A program made the position numbers and the translations under genes. DNA of 64,000 nt from NCBI RefSeq assembly GCF_009834535.1, contig NC_045696.1, positions 63,924,001-63,988,000 of the forward strand. Reading direction: 5' to 3'. Source of the DNA: Camelus ferus. Taxonomy: Eukaryota. Below, piece after piece: positions 13,389 to 25,975 of the stretch. The notes below the pieces were generated by a model that was given only the letters and a program-made list of their open reading frames with translations, did no database searches and was not told the origin of the DNA. Each line of letters starts with the position of its first letter. Positions within the stretch are counted from its first letter, which is position 1.

Positions 13389-14967
13389 TCAGACAGGGAA
13401 ATAATTCAAAGGAAATAAGCAAACTTTTGCTTTCAAGTACAAAAATTCCAACAGCTTAGAACAGCTATTCTTTGCCCTCTCATCTAAGTCTCACAATCCT
13501 GAGACAGCTGAGGGATGGAAATTATGGAAAAATCACTGATACCTCAGGTACCTGGTTCCCCAGAAAAAGGAAAAAGAAAACATTCCAAAGAGAAAAGAAT
13601 CTAAATATACATGTTACTGTCTAAGCTCTTCCCTCTTGTCCTTCCTGGCAGAGAATGAAAGCCTCCTACCAACAACCATAACCTGATTATCTTATTCAAC
13701 ACATAGTCACAGTGCTTACTGTGGGCCAGGCCCCATTCTAAAGAGTTTTAAACTATTAATTCCTTTAATCACAGGGGAATAGAAATATCTTAAGAAAAAG
13801 GAATCAAGGAACACAGAAACAATGCTGTAAAGAAAGACAGTAGGGGAGAGGGAGTATCTAAGTGCCAGGCAATATGCTAGATGTTTACACAAATGCTACT
13901 GTTAACTCTCAAAAAGCCCCAGTAAGGTAAGTATCCTTATTTTACCAATTTGCCTTTTTAAACTGTGTCTTGCCTAAGGCAAAATGACAAGTGAACAGTG
14001 AAAGAGGGATGGAACCTCACGTTAGTCTGCCAATAGAGCCCAGATTCTTTCCATGACAGATGCCAGTGGATAAGATCTGGGAAGCAGTAGACACAAAAAC
14101 CAGGTGTGGCCCCAGGTAAAAGGATGAGGTGGCACTGTGAGTCACCTGCCACCTCCTCTGGAACCCTGGGGGATGACACTGGACCTGGCTCTGATTCAAG
14201 GCTCTGTAGGAACCTTCTAACTCAGGAAACCTGAGGGAAATAGGATTTAATTGTAGGAGAAAATACACATTGCCAGTTTAGGCACACAGCTGATTTGTAA
14301 CTCTACAGGTAAAGGTTACTTCTGATCACAAATACATTTATCTTCTTTTTACAACTTGGTAAACATCCCAAACTTTTTTTTTAAGCTCTGCTTCCAAGAT
14401 AAATCATAATTTCCCGCATCTTATAAAAATAAGTAGAATTTTATTAATCAAGAAATTAAATTCTCATGGCCTCAAACTCAGCCTACATAAAGAGCAAAAG
14501 TCCTCATTTTAGCTTTAAATGGGCTCCATCCCAGCAACTATACACACATAAAAATTAGTAAAACAACAAATGCCTCCATGTCAAGGGAGCAGTAGAGACA
14601 GTTAAATGGTACAAGGATTTACAGGAATAAAAGCGATCCCTGGGGGATGAGGTAGTCAGCGCAAATTTCCAAGAAAAAGTAAATCTTAAGTTAGGTGGGA
14701 ACTGAAGGGTCAAAAATAGGAAAAGGCATTTCAGATAGGGAGAGGGATTTGGAACTGAAACAATGAAATGGGAAGAGGCCCAATGAGCTGCCTGAGAAGG
14801 CTCGCTATGGGAGGGGAAATGGGAGAGGAGTCTAAAAGCTCACTATGGAGACATGGAACATCAGGTTGAGCTTCAGCTTTACTTTGTAGGCAATAGGGAG
14901 CCACTGAGAGTTTCTGAGTAGAATAAAATTAATTAAACAGTAATGAAAGAAAATATTAAAGGCAATG

Positions 14968-15361
14968 TGCTATAGACTGAGTACTTGTGACCCCCTACTC
15001 CCCCCAAATAATTAATGTGTGGAAGTCTACTCCCCAACATGACAGTATTTAGAGGTGAGGCCACCCAGAGGTAATTTAGTGGTTTGTATGTGGTCATGGG
15101 GTGGAGCCCCCGTGATGGGACTGGTGCCCTTATAAGGAGATAAAGAGCTTAGAACTCTACCACTCTCTCTGCCACGTGAGGACACAGAGAGAAGGATGGC
15201 CATCTGCAAACCATGAAGTGAGTCCTCATCAGACACCAAATCTGCCAGCACTCTGATCTTAAACTTCTTAGCCTCCAAAACTGTGAGAAATAATGTTTGT
15301 TGTTTAAGCCACCCAGTCAGTACGTGGTGATTTGTCATAGCAGCCCGAAATGACAAAGACA
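14968..15361 (+). mobile_element. MaLR solo LTR (MLT1A-like)
   Basis: TG...CA termini; perfect 5-bp TSD CAATG (14963-14967 and 15362-15366); MLT1 motifs such as gccacgtgaggacacag and tgtttaagccacccagtc. Confidence 0.9.
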
Positions 15362-15849
15362 CAATGTTAGGTAAAAGTAGATCAGAAAGGAAGACAGAAA
15401 GTGACCTTATTTCAGCTGCCCAGATATGAGACTACAGTGGGGTGGCAGCAAGGAGCAAGGAAAGAGAAAGGTGGATACCAGAGTGACAGAGCAAACACAA
15501 GAGGCACAGAAAGAGCAGTAGTAGCCATGAGGTTTTACCAGGGAAGATGAACATCACCACTTACAGATACAAAAACTCAAGGGCTGAACCAACTGGGGGA
15601 ATAGCTCACGGGTCCGTAACATTTAGCTCAAACTTCTTTTAGTTCTTTCCCTATACCCACCTAGTCTTTTGAGTTAGATAACCTTTGGTTCCAGTCACAG
15701 CTTCACTGCTTACTAGCTATGTGATCAAGGGCAAATTATGAACTCATCAAAACCTCAGAATGTTAAAATGGGCTAATGGCTGTATCAGAGAGTCACTGAC
15801 AATAATTGCAAATTCAAGTGTCTTTTCTTAAACCATATCTCCTTTCACT

Positions 15850-17840
15850 ATAAGCATCTTTGATCCTACTGGGACAACCAAGTCACTGAGAGACTTCACT
15901 CTTCTCCTTATCTGTTAGTGTCCATCTTAGGTATTTACCCACTTACCCACCTTAGAATTCTCCTGTTCATATTTTAAATAACTCTTTTACAAATACTCTA
16001 TAGACTCCTTTGCCCTCTGACTTGTTTCACCTGTTTGTCAAAATACAAACCCTAAATGAATTTTATCACTTTTCTCCCTGCCTGTACCAAGGGAATGAAG
16101 CACTACTGAAGAAAACCACACCCAACTGAACAGGCATCTCACCAAGGCCTTCAAGACTGCCTGACAATCTTGCTTCTCATCTTTCATCAATTCATTCTTT
16201 CACTCTCTTCTAGGACTATTGCAGGTGTTCTCCACTCTCGTCTAACCTCCCACATCCCCCCAAACTTCCTTCAGCTCTCAGGAGACAACCCTGCCCCTAC
16301 TTCACAAAGAAAATGGAAGCTATCAGAAGAAGGAAACATGCTGTCCACTGACCACATCTACATCCATCCTCTACCAGCTCCCCACTAGCCCCACAATCCC
16401 TGTTAGATTACAGGAATTACTCCTTCTCCCATTAAAGGGGAAATCACTCTGTTCAGAATTTTCTTTCCTCCTTCCTTTTCAGGGATCACAATCAAGCCTT
16501 TGCCATCTTAAAGGAGAGAGAAAGAAAGAAAAAAAGGTCCACTTCTCTGTTCTATTCAAAGTCGCACCAACCTGATTTCCACTTGTCTCACTTCAGTGAA
16601 ACAGCTCTTACCAAGTGCCCCGAAGCCTTCTACTGGGAATTTGTTTTTTCAGTTTTCGTTTTCTCTCCCACAGCAATGTATGACAATGCTGGCAGCTCCT
16701 CACTGCTGGAACTCCCTCTTCTTTGGGCAGACTCTAGTTTTACTCGACTTCACTGGCTACTCCTTTTCAGTCACTACCTCCCCAACTACCTTGTAAATGT
16801 TGGGAGTTCAACTGGCTTAGATCTAAATGCACTTCTCGTCTCACTGCACACACACTCTTCCCAGGCAATCTTACCCTCGCCTGTTTCCTCAGCTGACCAT
16901 CTACATACCCATGTCTCTCAAATTTATGTCTAATACAAATAGTTACATTCCAGGTTCATGTGTCCAGTTGCTTATTCAACATCAGCACTTAAGATACCAA
17001 AAGAGTACCTCAAGTTCAAGATGTCCAAAACCATGATCTCCCTCCTTCTCCTTCCTCCTGAAGCCCTGACCCTTGGCACTCCTTAGCTCAGGAAATGACA
17101 TGAACATCCATCCAGTTACATAAGCCACAAAGTTAGGGATCATTCCTGATAACTCCCTCATGGTCAAGTTCTGTTATTTCTGCTTTCATTATAGATCTCA
17201 AATCTTCCACGTCTCCCATCTCCACTACCACTATTCCTTACCTGGGCTGCTACAACAGTCTGTAGCAATATGTTCTCCACAGCACAACCAGAGCATTCCT
17301 CTGAAATGAAAGTCTCATCACTGGCACTCACCTGCAGAACTGTCTCCCATGCATTTAGAATCAAATCCAAACTCCTGGTCTATAAAGCCCTATGTAGGCT
17401 GGTCCCTGCCTCACTCCAACCCATATCCAAGCTCCTTCCAGACCAGCTGTCATCTAGTTCCTCAACTGTACCATGCTCCTTCCCACCTCAGGGCGTTGAT
17501 ATCTACCGTACTTGGATAAACTCTTCTACCTACTTAATTCCTGCTACCCCTGTTAACTCCTGTCACAATCAGTTCCACCTCATGCATTCCCTCCTCTTCC
17601 TGAACTTTCATTCTAATTCAGGTCCACCTGCTACAGTTCTTTGCTCCCTTTACTTTTCCTTCAGTGCTTAAAAAATTTGTATTAGTATTATAATTATTGG
17701 ATTAAAATTTGTCTCTACCAGTAAGCTGCCATCTTCATAAGGCCAGGATCCTGTCTGTCTGTTCTGCCTACCACCGTATTTCTAAAGCCTAACCCAATGC
17801 CTCACAAACAGCAGACATTCAATAAATTTGCTGAATGAAC
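15850..17840 (+). mobile_element. L2 LINE remnant (3' portion); left boundary approximate
   Basis: Pyrimidine-rich L2-like body ending in the typical 3' tail cattcaataaatttgctgaatgaa. Confidence 0.75.
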
Positions 17841-19029
17841 ATGTTATTGAGAGAAGAACCCCCAAAAAAAAAAAAGAAAGAAAAAAGAAAGAAAGAAAAA
17901 AGAACCTAGGAATGACCATAGAGTAAATGCTCAATAAATGTCATTTCAACATTAGCACACTAACCTCCACTAATATAGCCCTTTAAGTATCAAAAGTTAC
18001 ATGATTTTTTTTATTTTAGAAAGGAGTTAATCTAAATAAATATCCAAGTAGATGAACTCCAGGTCTCAGTGGTCATATCTCTAAGATGTTTTGGCTTTTC
18101 ATTATTTTCTCCCTCTTTTACTTCAAAGCCCCTAAAATTCCTATTTCCACAATGGCAGCAATAGCTGTCGCTGGGAGCAGGGACGGGGGTGTGTATGGCA
18201 GCCCAAGCCAGGAACTACATGAAAAATGCTCTTCCATTAGTCCCCTGGAAGAGATAATTGACTCAAAGCAAAATCCTAGTGCTTGGAAAGGCAATGTCAA
18301 GAATTACTTCTAGAGCTTCCAATTCATGATGTTGCTCTAAAAGATCAATGCTCCTTCAGGAGGGACTATTTTTCCCAACAGCATCCTCCTGAGATACAGG
18401 TAAGTGAGTAAAGAGAAGAAATTGAGATTTCTTGAAGCACCATCAGATTAAAGGCTGTCTGGGTCACCCTCCACCCCATTGCAATGCAGCTGAGTGCTAA
18501 CAGCAACACCTGCCCACAGGCTGAGCAGCCTGGCAGGGAAGAGCTAAGGCTCCAGAGTGTGTGTATATGTGTGCAGGGGGGCCAGGGAGCGATTCCCAGA
18601 GCGGGCCCCAACAATGCTGGCATATGTAACACGATCAGATCGCCTGCCTACTCTTTAAAAGTTCTAAAATGAAGCCTGCTAGATGATACATCATACACCT
18701 AAAACACGGTTTGCTATGTCAGCCTTCTCATTTAGGGTAACCCACACAAGGCATCTAAGTCAATCATTAGTCCTTCATGTTTAAATATAATTAGATAACC
18801 AGACTCTTGCAGAAAACTAGCAGCTCTTAAGAGGATGTCAAAGATAAACAATACTATTAATCCTGAAAAAAGCAGAGATATGAAATTTTAATTAATATTC
18901 TTGGGAGGCTTCCAAAAGATAAAGCAGGTAAGTAATAAAAGCAGGTTGTCACTAAAAATAGCAATCAAAGAACAATACAAAGTTTACACAATTAAACATA
19001 TCTTTTAGAGTTTAATAAATATTAAAAAA

Positions 19030-19860
19030 GAATTCATTGAAATTAAAGCTGTTTTGGAAAAAAAAAAAAAGACGAGCAATACCAGAAAACGAACTAAGGA
19101 AATTCTCCAGAACTTAGAAGACAAAGAAAAAAGGTGGAAACCATGAAAGCGAAGTTAAGTGACTCAGAGAAGTGGTATCCAAAGTGGGGGCGGTGTGTGA
19201 AATGCATTTCATGGGCTACACAAAATGACCCACTGGGATTAAGGAAGAAAGTACCAAAGCTTCTAAATACAATACTTCTTGTATCTCATCCTTCAAAAAT
19301 ATGTCAGGGTAGATTTATAAGGTAAATAATTAATTAGTACAAAGGTACATGTACATAATTTAAAAATAAATATGCATACACACATTGTGGAACATGCATT
19401 CTTTTTTTTAAGATGATATGCATATATATTTTGGAAATCATGGGTAACAGGATCAATCTAAGAAGACCAATATTCATCTAATATGCATTTGAAAAGAAAA
19501 AGAACAGAAAAAAAAATGAGTGGGAGAAAACAAAGTAAGAAAAATTTTTCCAGAATTGACTTTTTAACAGAAAGGCACACCGAGTACCAAGCCAGATCTA
19601 GGTTGGGGGTAGTCGGATAAAGCCTTGAGAAATTTAAGATAAAGCCTTGAGAAATTTAAGATAAGGCCAAGATCCTAAAAGTGTCCATGAAGGGAAAACC
19701 TGGATACCTACACACACACAAACACACACACATTAAATTGTCCTGAGAATTTTTATTAGGAACAAAGAATGCTAGACAAGTATGTAGCAATATCGGAAAA
19801 CGGTTTTGAAAATACACTTCTGTATTAGACCAAACTAAAAATCAAATGTGATGCAAAATA
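19030..19860 (+). mobile_element. Old L1/HAL1 ORF1-region remnant, apparently interrupted by a DNA-transposon-like insert (~19170-19440)
   Basis: A-rich ORF1-like sequence on both sides of a segment bounded by agtggtatccaaa...tttggaaatcat. Confidence 0.5.
19616..19664. repeat. Perfect 22-bp tandem duplication (about 2.2 copies)
   Basis: GATAAAGCCTTGAGAAATTTAA twice, then GATAA. Confidence 0.95.
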
Positions 19861-21539
19861 AGGCTCCTCCACCCCCACCCCAGAAAGCATCTATTCTCAC
19901 CCATATACCATCTTCTTTTACCCTATATACCATTTCTTAGTATGTAATTAAAGTATTCAACAATTTCACACAAAATATTTATTGCACCTAAATAAATGGT
20001 GGCCATCGGTCTTCTTACATATCTATGAGCACCTATTTATGTCAAAAAATGTTTATCTGTTAAAGAATAGGAATTTAAATATACTCCTTCATAACATGCA
20101 TAGGAACTACATCAAAAGACAAACTCCGGATCTTGGGGCTTCTGACCTTCCACATCTTTACTTTGCAGGTAGCTAAACTGTGATATCAACATAAGACATT
20201 TTAAGCCATGACTATGGAATCGAAAGTATCTTTAGAAACAATTTAGCTGACAGCATCCAATTAAATAAACAATAATCAGTTATTGAGCAGCCTTTTTTAA
20301 ACTCAATTTTTAAAGTTTGTCTTGCGTATCTTAATTGCTCCAACGAAGTACTCTATTTTCTGCAAAGTCTTTTCTTACTTAAAGACATTTAGATATATTT
20401 CTCCAGTAAATATATTAGAAATTAGAAATAGTTGTAAATAACTTACTTCAGTACTGAGGGCTGTGGATTTACTCAGAAACTAAAATTCCATGAGGTTAGA
20501 AATAACTTACTCAATTATTCTAATTGACTAAAAGGATACCTATTGTATGCCATTTAGTTCTAAATTTAGACTCATACAACAAATGGATTCCATTGCTTAT
20601 GAACACTATTTGTTGCACTACTTAAAACATTCTGGGGAAAAAAAAAAAAAAAACCAAGACAGGTGTTTCGAGATTGAGTTCATTCAGGAAAACCAAGTTT
20701 TTCCAACCTTGCTTGATGCATGTTACTTCTAACCAAACGCCTGCAACAATGAGTTAAACCTGAAGATGTCTAAGAATACAAGAACACGTGTGCTAATTAA
20801 AGTCAAATTTAAACTCATTAAAATGCACACAGTAATCCATAGAAATGTAAATACTTAAACGATTTTTCTGTTTAGGATTAAGCCAGGCCTGGGCAACAAT
20901 AACACAGTGATTAGAAAGGTGGTGCCACATTCACCACCTCGCATCCAAAAATCAAGTCTCCCTCCCCAAACACTGAAAAAAGCTGCTATTAAGAGGTTAT
21001 CTCTAATCACTATCTCTGACACTGTATGCGTCACTGCTCCCGATCAAACTCCAAATCATGTTCATTCAGCGGATTAAGGAATGAAGCAGAATCCCACTTA
21101 CCCCGAGAGAAGAACTCGGGTACCTGCAAAAGCAATGTAAACCTGGCATGTAGGTAAAAGAAAAAGACAGAATTAAGAGACGCGGAAAAGGTGACACATG
21201 GATAGAGCCAGAGACCGGGGAAGGAGGGGTTAGAAACAAGAAGCCAGCAGAGATAGAGATAACAGCGAGGACAGAAGGGTGAAAGCGGCAGGCACAAAAG
21301 GACAACAGAGACAGGCCAAGACTGAAAAGCGCCCAGAATCTTCCAGTGGCACAGAAACAGGGACAGGGGTCAGTACTGGGGCCAGCACCTCAGGTAAGCC
21401 GAGTCAGGCCTCCTGCCACTCTGGATCCTCAAAAATATTCCCGAATCCTCCAACCGCCCCCTGCCAAGCCTGAGAGTTACCTACACATTCTGAAGATAGT
21501 GAGGGGACAGCCCCATTCTCTGCAGTCCCCAGAGATAAC

Positions 21540-22030
21540 AGGGCCAGGTCAGAGCCCGCACTTACCAGGCCACAGCGGCCCGGCGTAGCCGCCACATCTC
21601 ACCGGCGACGAGGTCACACAGGCGCCGAGGCGGCCACGCGGGAGCCCCGGTGTCAGCCCCAGTCCGGCTCCTGCTCCACGAATGACCCAGGAAGAGGCCC
21701 TCAGGAACAAGGGCACACAGCAGCCTCTGCGGCCCTCCCAATGGCGAATGGACTTCCGCGAGAGCCTGCCCGGCACCCGTACTCGGTCCGTCAGGAAAAC
21801 CAGCCCCTCCACCCTTCCTAGGCGGGCAGCACAAATAGGCCGGGGAGGACTCGCGCATGCGCTCAAAGCCTCTGGAAGGACCAATGTATTTTCGCTTCCC
21901 TCACCGGGCCTCGCCCTGCCTCGCCCTCTTTGTTTCCGGGTCGGAAAGGTGAATTCGAGCCTCTCAGGCTAAAGGCTTGGAGAGGGGACGGGTCGAGATG
22001 TTGGGCTGGGATTGGCGGGTTGAAGGGCAT
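21540..22030. promoter_or_regulatory. OPA1 CpG-island promoter and 5'UTR
   Basis: Locally high GC and CpG; NRF1 palindrome GCGCATGCGC 21853-21862; ETS/GABP CGGAAGT (minus) 21752-21758 and CCGGAA (minus) 21934-21939; YY1-like CAATGGCG 21739-21746; CCAAT 21881-21885 and ATTGG 22011-22015; no TATA box seen. Confidence 0.9.
21566..21597 (-). CDS. OPA1: OPA1 exon 1 coding part (32 nt, MWRLRRAAVA + TG), start of the mitochondrial targeting sequence
   Basis: ATG at 21597-21595; ATGTGGCGGCTACGCCGGGCCGCTGTGGCCTG followed by donor GTAAGT. Confidence 0.98.
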
Positions 22031-23317
22031 GAAGTCTGGATTGATAAATTCTCACTAGGTGGCTAACAATTTAAGAAAATTTGATATTGAGAGAGTATGG
22101 AGGAGCGTAGGGAATACAAAATGCGTACAGTGTAGGAATAGAGTAATAGAACAGAGTAATGAAAACCCACGACTTCCCCCCACCCTTCGCCCCTGAGCGC
22201 TTTTGTCGGCGTCTTTGTTTACAAAACACTTTAATATCCTCAGAACGGGAAGTTGGGGGAGGAGTCATGGACGGGTTAAGTGCTTTAGAATCTCTGAAGG
22301 TTAGATCTGAGTGGGGCTCAGATTAGATGGGCTAAGGGTTTGGAATAAGCTTGTGGAGTTTATAAAGTCATCAAAAATGATTTCGTTCATTCACTCTTTA
22401 ACCGGCTCTCCTCTGGCTTTTAATCTCACTAATTTGTTGAAATTGCTGCTGTCAACTTCTGCAAAAATTGCATATTGCCGGTGATCACTGTACTTCTCTG
22501 CATTCAGCTCAGAATTTTAGGTGTTCAGCACTCTCTTTAATTGGCTTCCCTCTCCTGGCTTTCAGGACATCGCAGTCTCCTTTTTCTTCAAGTCTGTTAC
22601 CCCCCCCCCCCCAAGTCTCCTTTGTTGGTTCCTCCGCCTAACCTCTCAACAGTTGGAGGGTTGGAGATCCTAGACCCTTTCTCTTCTGTCTTCATTATCT
22701 CCCTAAGTAGTTTAAAGTCAGTTCTATAACTTTAAATACCCTTTTCCCCTTCCAACTCTTAACATTTTATGTTTTATGTGGAAACTGGGGACCTAACCTA
22801 TGGAAGGTAGTGAAGTCAATCAGTGGCATAGCCAGGACCAAAATTATAGTTGCCTTGTGCTCCCTTCATTTTAAGGGTACCATCCCTACACATGCTACAC
22901 ACAAAGAAAATTTCTTTCCCTGTAATCATCAGAATCATAAGTCAGTATCATCCATTCATAGTAATACCAAGTCTAGATCTAGTTACTGGTAGTAAACTTC
23001 CCAAATGAAGGACTCTGGGAATTTTCTTTATTATATTTGTTATGGTGACTGTTTTAATGGCAGGAGCAAATAGGAATTTGCTATACTGATCTGTACAAAC
23101 TGTAGCTCTTTCCAGGTTTATTGAGTTACGCAAAAATTCCTTTGTTACTGTTAATTCCCTGTTGTTCTAGGGAAAAGAAGAGAAACCTAATAACGGTAAC
23201 TCCTTTCATATATGAGTTATCTTTACATTTTACAAAGTCCTTGTCTTGCAATTCTGCTTCTAAGAATTTAGCCTACTGAATCTGTTCCATAAAAAATTGG
23301 ATTCGCCTCTTGGAGGT

Positions 23318-23445
23318 GTTGCAGGAGAATGGGGTGCTAGAGGATGGTCATGTCCCAGGTCTCCGGTGAGTCCCTGGGACATACCCTGCTAAGTGAGTGT
23401 CTCTGGCTTCACATAGGAAAGAATTCAAGAGCAATTCATAGTATA
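23318..23445 (-). mobile_element. ERV1-like LTR fragment
   Basis: Begins tgttgcagg and includes ggaaagaattcaagagc, recalled as typical of antisense ERV1 LTR ends. Confidence 0.45.
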
Positions 23446-23719
23446 CAGAAATACAACATTTTTTGTATTGACCTTGTATTCTGAGATTCTTCTTAACTCA
23501 TTATGTCCAGTGGCTTATTTTTTTATTGATTTCTTAAGGTTTTCAATGTAAACAATCATGTTATTTGAAAGTGTTCTACCTTATATTTTTTTCCTGCATT
23601 ATCACACTGCAGGTTATACTTTTAGTCTTAAAATACAAACATTATAAAATAATGTGGATCTAATAATTTACAAATGATTTCAATTTCAATTCTTGCACAA
23701 TTTCACAAAGGTTAATGTG

Positions 23720-24397
23720 ATTCAGTTTCACCTTTATAAAGAAAACTCTCAAATCTGTATTGTAAGCTTTACCTCCCTCTGGAATTCCAGGACTTGATTT
23801 CTAAATGCATAATAGATTTTTTCCACCTGAATAACTCAATAATATCTCAGCATTAATCACCAATCCCAAACCAGAATTATCATCTCCACTCGAAATTAGC
23901 TTCCCTATATCCACAACTGTCACTAGCACTGTTGATTCACTGTGGCTTGAAATCCCAGTCACCTCTGATTGCTCTCCCTCATTTTTGCATTTAGTTTTCT
24001 ATTGATTTAAGTACTCAGAAATATGTTTTCAAATGATGTATCACCTCTACCCCCATTGCTACACTTTAGCTCAGGCCCCTCATACTTGACTTTCCCAATA
24101 GCTTCTCATCAAGCCTTCCTGAGCCTCAGTTTTTCTCTTTAGAAGTACATCCTTTTCTGTTTCTCCAGAACTATCTTTCTTAAGCCCACTTGATTATGCT
24201 AGAGTTCTGCCCTATACCAGAACTTCCCCCCTTTTCTTGGTCCTCAGTGTGTACTCAGTCACACTGTTTACCTTATTACATGAGTGTCTGTCTCTCTAGC
24301 CAGACCACGGTACCTTGAAAGCGGAGCTGAGTTTTACTCTTTTTCAGTATCTCCAGACCAGGATTCTTAAGAAATGATTTGTAAATGTTTGTTGATG
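23720..24397 (+). mobile_element. L2 LINE remnant; boundaries approximate
   Basis: L2-like motifs (ttccacctgaata, ccagaactatctttct) and a 3' end aaatgtttgttgatg. Confidence 0.6.
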
Positions 24398-25609
24398 TGG
24401 ATTATAACATGCTTTCCTGAGGGGTGGGGAGAGTTTAATAACAATGATGGTGCAGTTTTGTGTCACTTAGCTGCTTTCCTTCTCCAGGAAACCACAGAGG
24501 AAGAATGCAGTGTTAGGGAACTTGGGCATCTCCCAGGAAGAACTTGGCAAAAACTTCTATTGTAAAAAGTGTAACCCAAAAACTTAAGAAAACAAATGCA
24601 CTGAAAACTTGTGCTATTTAGCTTTTCCCTTTGTTTTGAAGTTTCCTGTCTCTGACTGCTTATAATTCTGTCTCCTCTTTGGGGCCAATGTCATGTCCAA
24701 AGCCTGCAGAATACTCCTTTTTCCACTCACTCAGTTCTGAGCATTCTACCCCCTACTTAGAGGTATTTTTGCTCTATGCTTTGAAACATTTCTTCTTTGA
24801 TTCTGTTTTAGACGAATACCATATCGTCTACCTCTACCCTATTCCAGGCCTGTCCAGCCTTTAAGTAACCCTGCATCGTAATCTATTCCTGTAACGCCTG
24901 TACCAAATGCCTTTCCAGCTTGCAGGAGTCTTCCTCAGCAGGAGTGGGTGGAGCTGTGTGCCTTGCAGAGGGACCAGCTGTCACATCCTTGCTGCTCATC
25001 ATTGTAAGCTGTTGACAGCCTCCTTGCTCCCTCATGCCTCAGGTGGTCTTAGCTTTGTGTTAGGAAGATGAACAGTTGAAGCAACAGCCCCCTACAACTG
25101 CTAGAATCCTAATCTGGTTTGCAAACAGCACCGGAAGAGTGAGATCTACTATCTCCCAGTCTGGAGAACCACCTTAGCAGCAATGACACTTGCATTTAGA
25201 GAAGGCAAAATGGATCTACTGACAGTGATTCATTTACCAGTTTATACTGGTAGGAGAGACGCTGGAATGCACAGCCCCCGAGAAGTTCCTTCACGGGTAG
25301 GATTAGATATGCATATTTGCCTAAAACGAACTCAGATTAGAATCCCTTCTTTCTTTGCTTCCTTCACTCTACCTAGTTTGTCATTTTGTTGGGGATGGGT
25401 GAGATTTAGACGAGCAGAAAAGATGGAGGAAGAGATCCTGTAAGGATGTGTGCGGTGAATCTGGGGCTCCATGACCATTTTAGGTTTACTTCTGCATCAT
25501 TCTGTTTTCCTGACATTGTAATACGGGCTGATCTGTCTCCTTACAAAATGAGCTAATACATATGAAGCGTTAAAAGTATGCCTGGTACACAGTAAACGCT
25601 TAATAATTA

Positions 25610-25975
25610 TATTCGTTAAGAAAGGATGGGATATGCTGCTCTAAGAAGATAAACTCCCAAATGTCAAAGACTTAATCACAGTACAGAATTATTTCTTTCT
25701 CACGTGACAGTCGGATGTGCACTGGAGGGCTCTCCTGAGGCTTCCCTGTTAAGCCTACGCCGTCTGAAATAGATGCCCTTTAGGGTTACTCTGCTGAGCT
25801 CTAAGAATTGTCTGGTCTGGTTTTGAAGGGCTATCATAGAAATGACTTGACAATGTGACTACTACATGGGTGGTCAGTACGGTCAGAGATCATTTCTGCC
25901 CACATTCTGTTGGCCAGAACCTAGTCACGTGGCCAGCTCAACCACAAGTAAAGCTGAGAACTACAGAGGAGAACT
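25610..25975 (-). mobile_element. Old MaLR (MLT1-type) LTR remnant
   Basis: Motifs atttctttctcacgtgacagtc and catttctgcccacattctgttggccagaacctagtcacgtggcc. Confidence 0.65.

Noticed and set aside
15027..17671. ORFs of 60-133 aa in OPA1 intron 1
   Set aside because: They lie within the MLT1 LTR and L2 remnants and resemble no protein I recognise.
18129..18405. Plus-strand exon-like signals antisense to OPA1 intron 1 (pyrimidine tract and AG at 18128 or 18381; CAG|GTAAGT at 18399/18400)
   Set aside because: No coding similarity or promoter evidence, and such motif pairs occur by chance in long introns.
19616..19664. Direct repeat superficially like a CRISPR or regulatory array
   Set aside because: A spacer-less two-copy tandem duplication inside an old LINE remnant in mammalian DNA.
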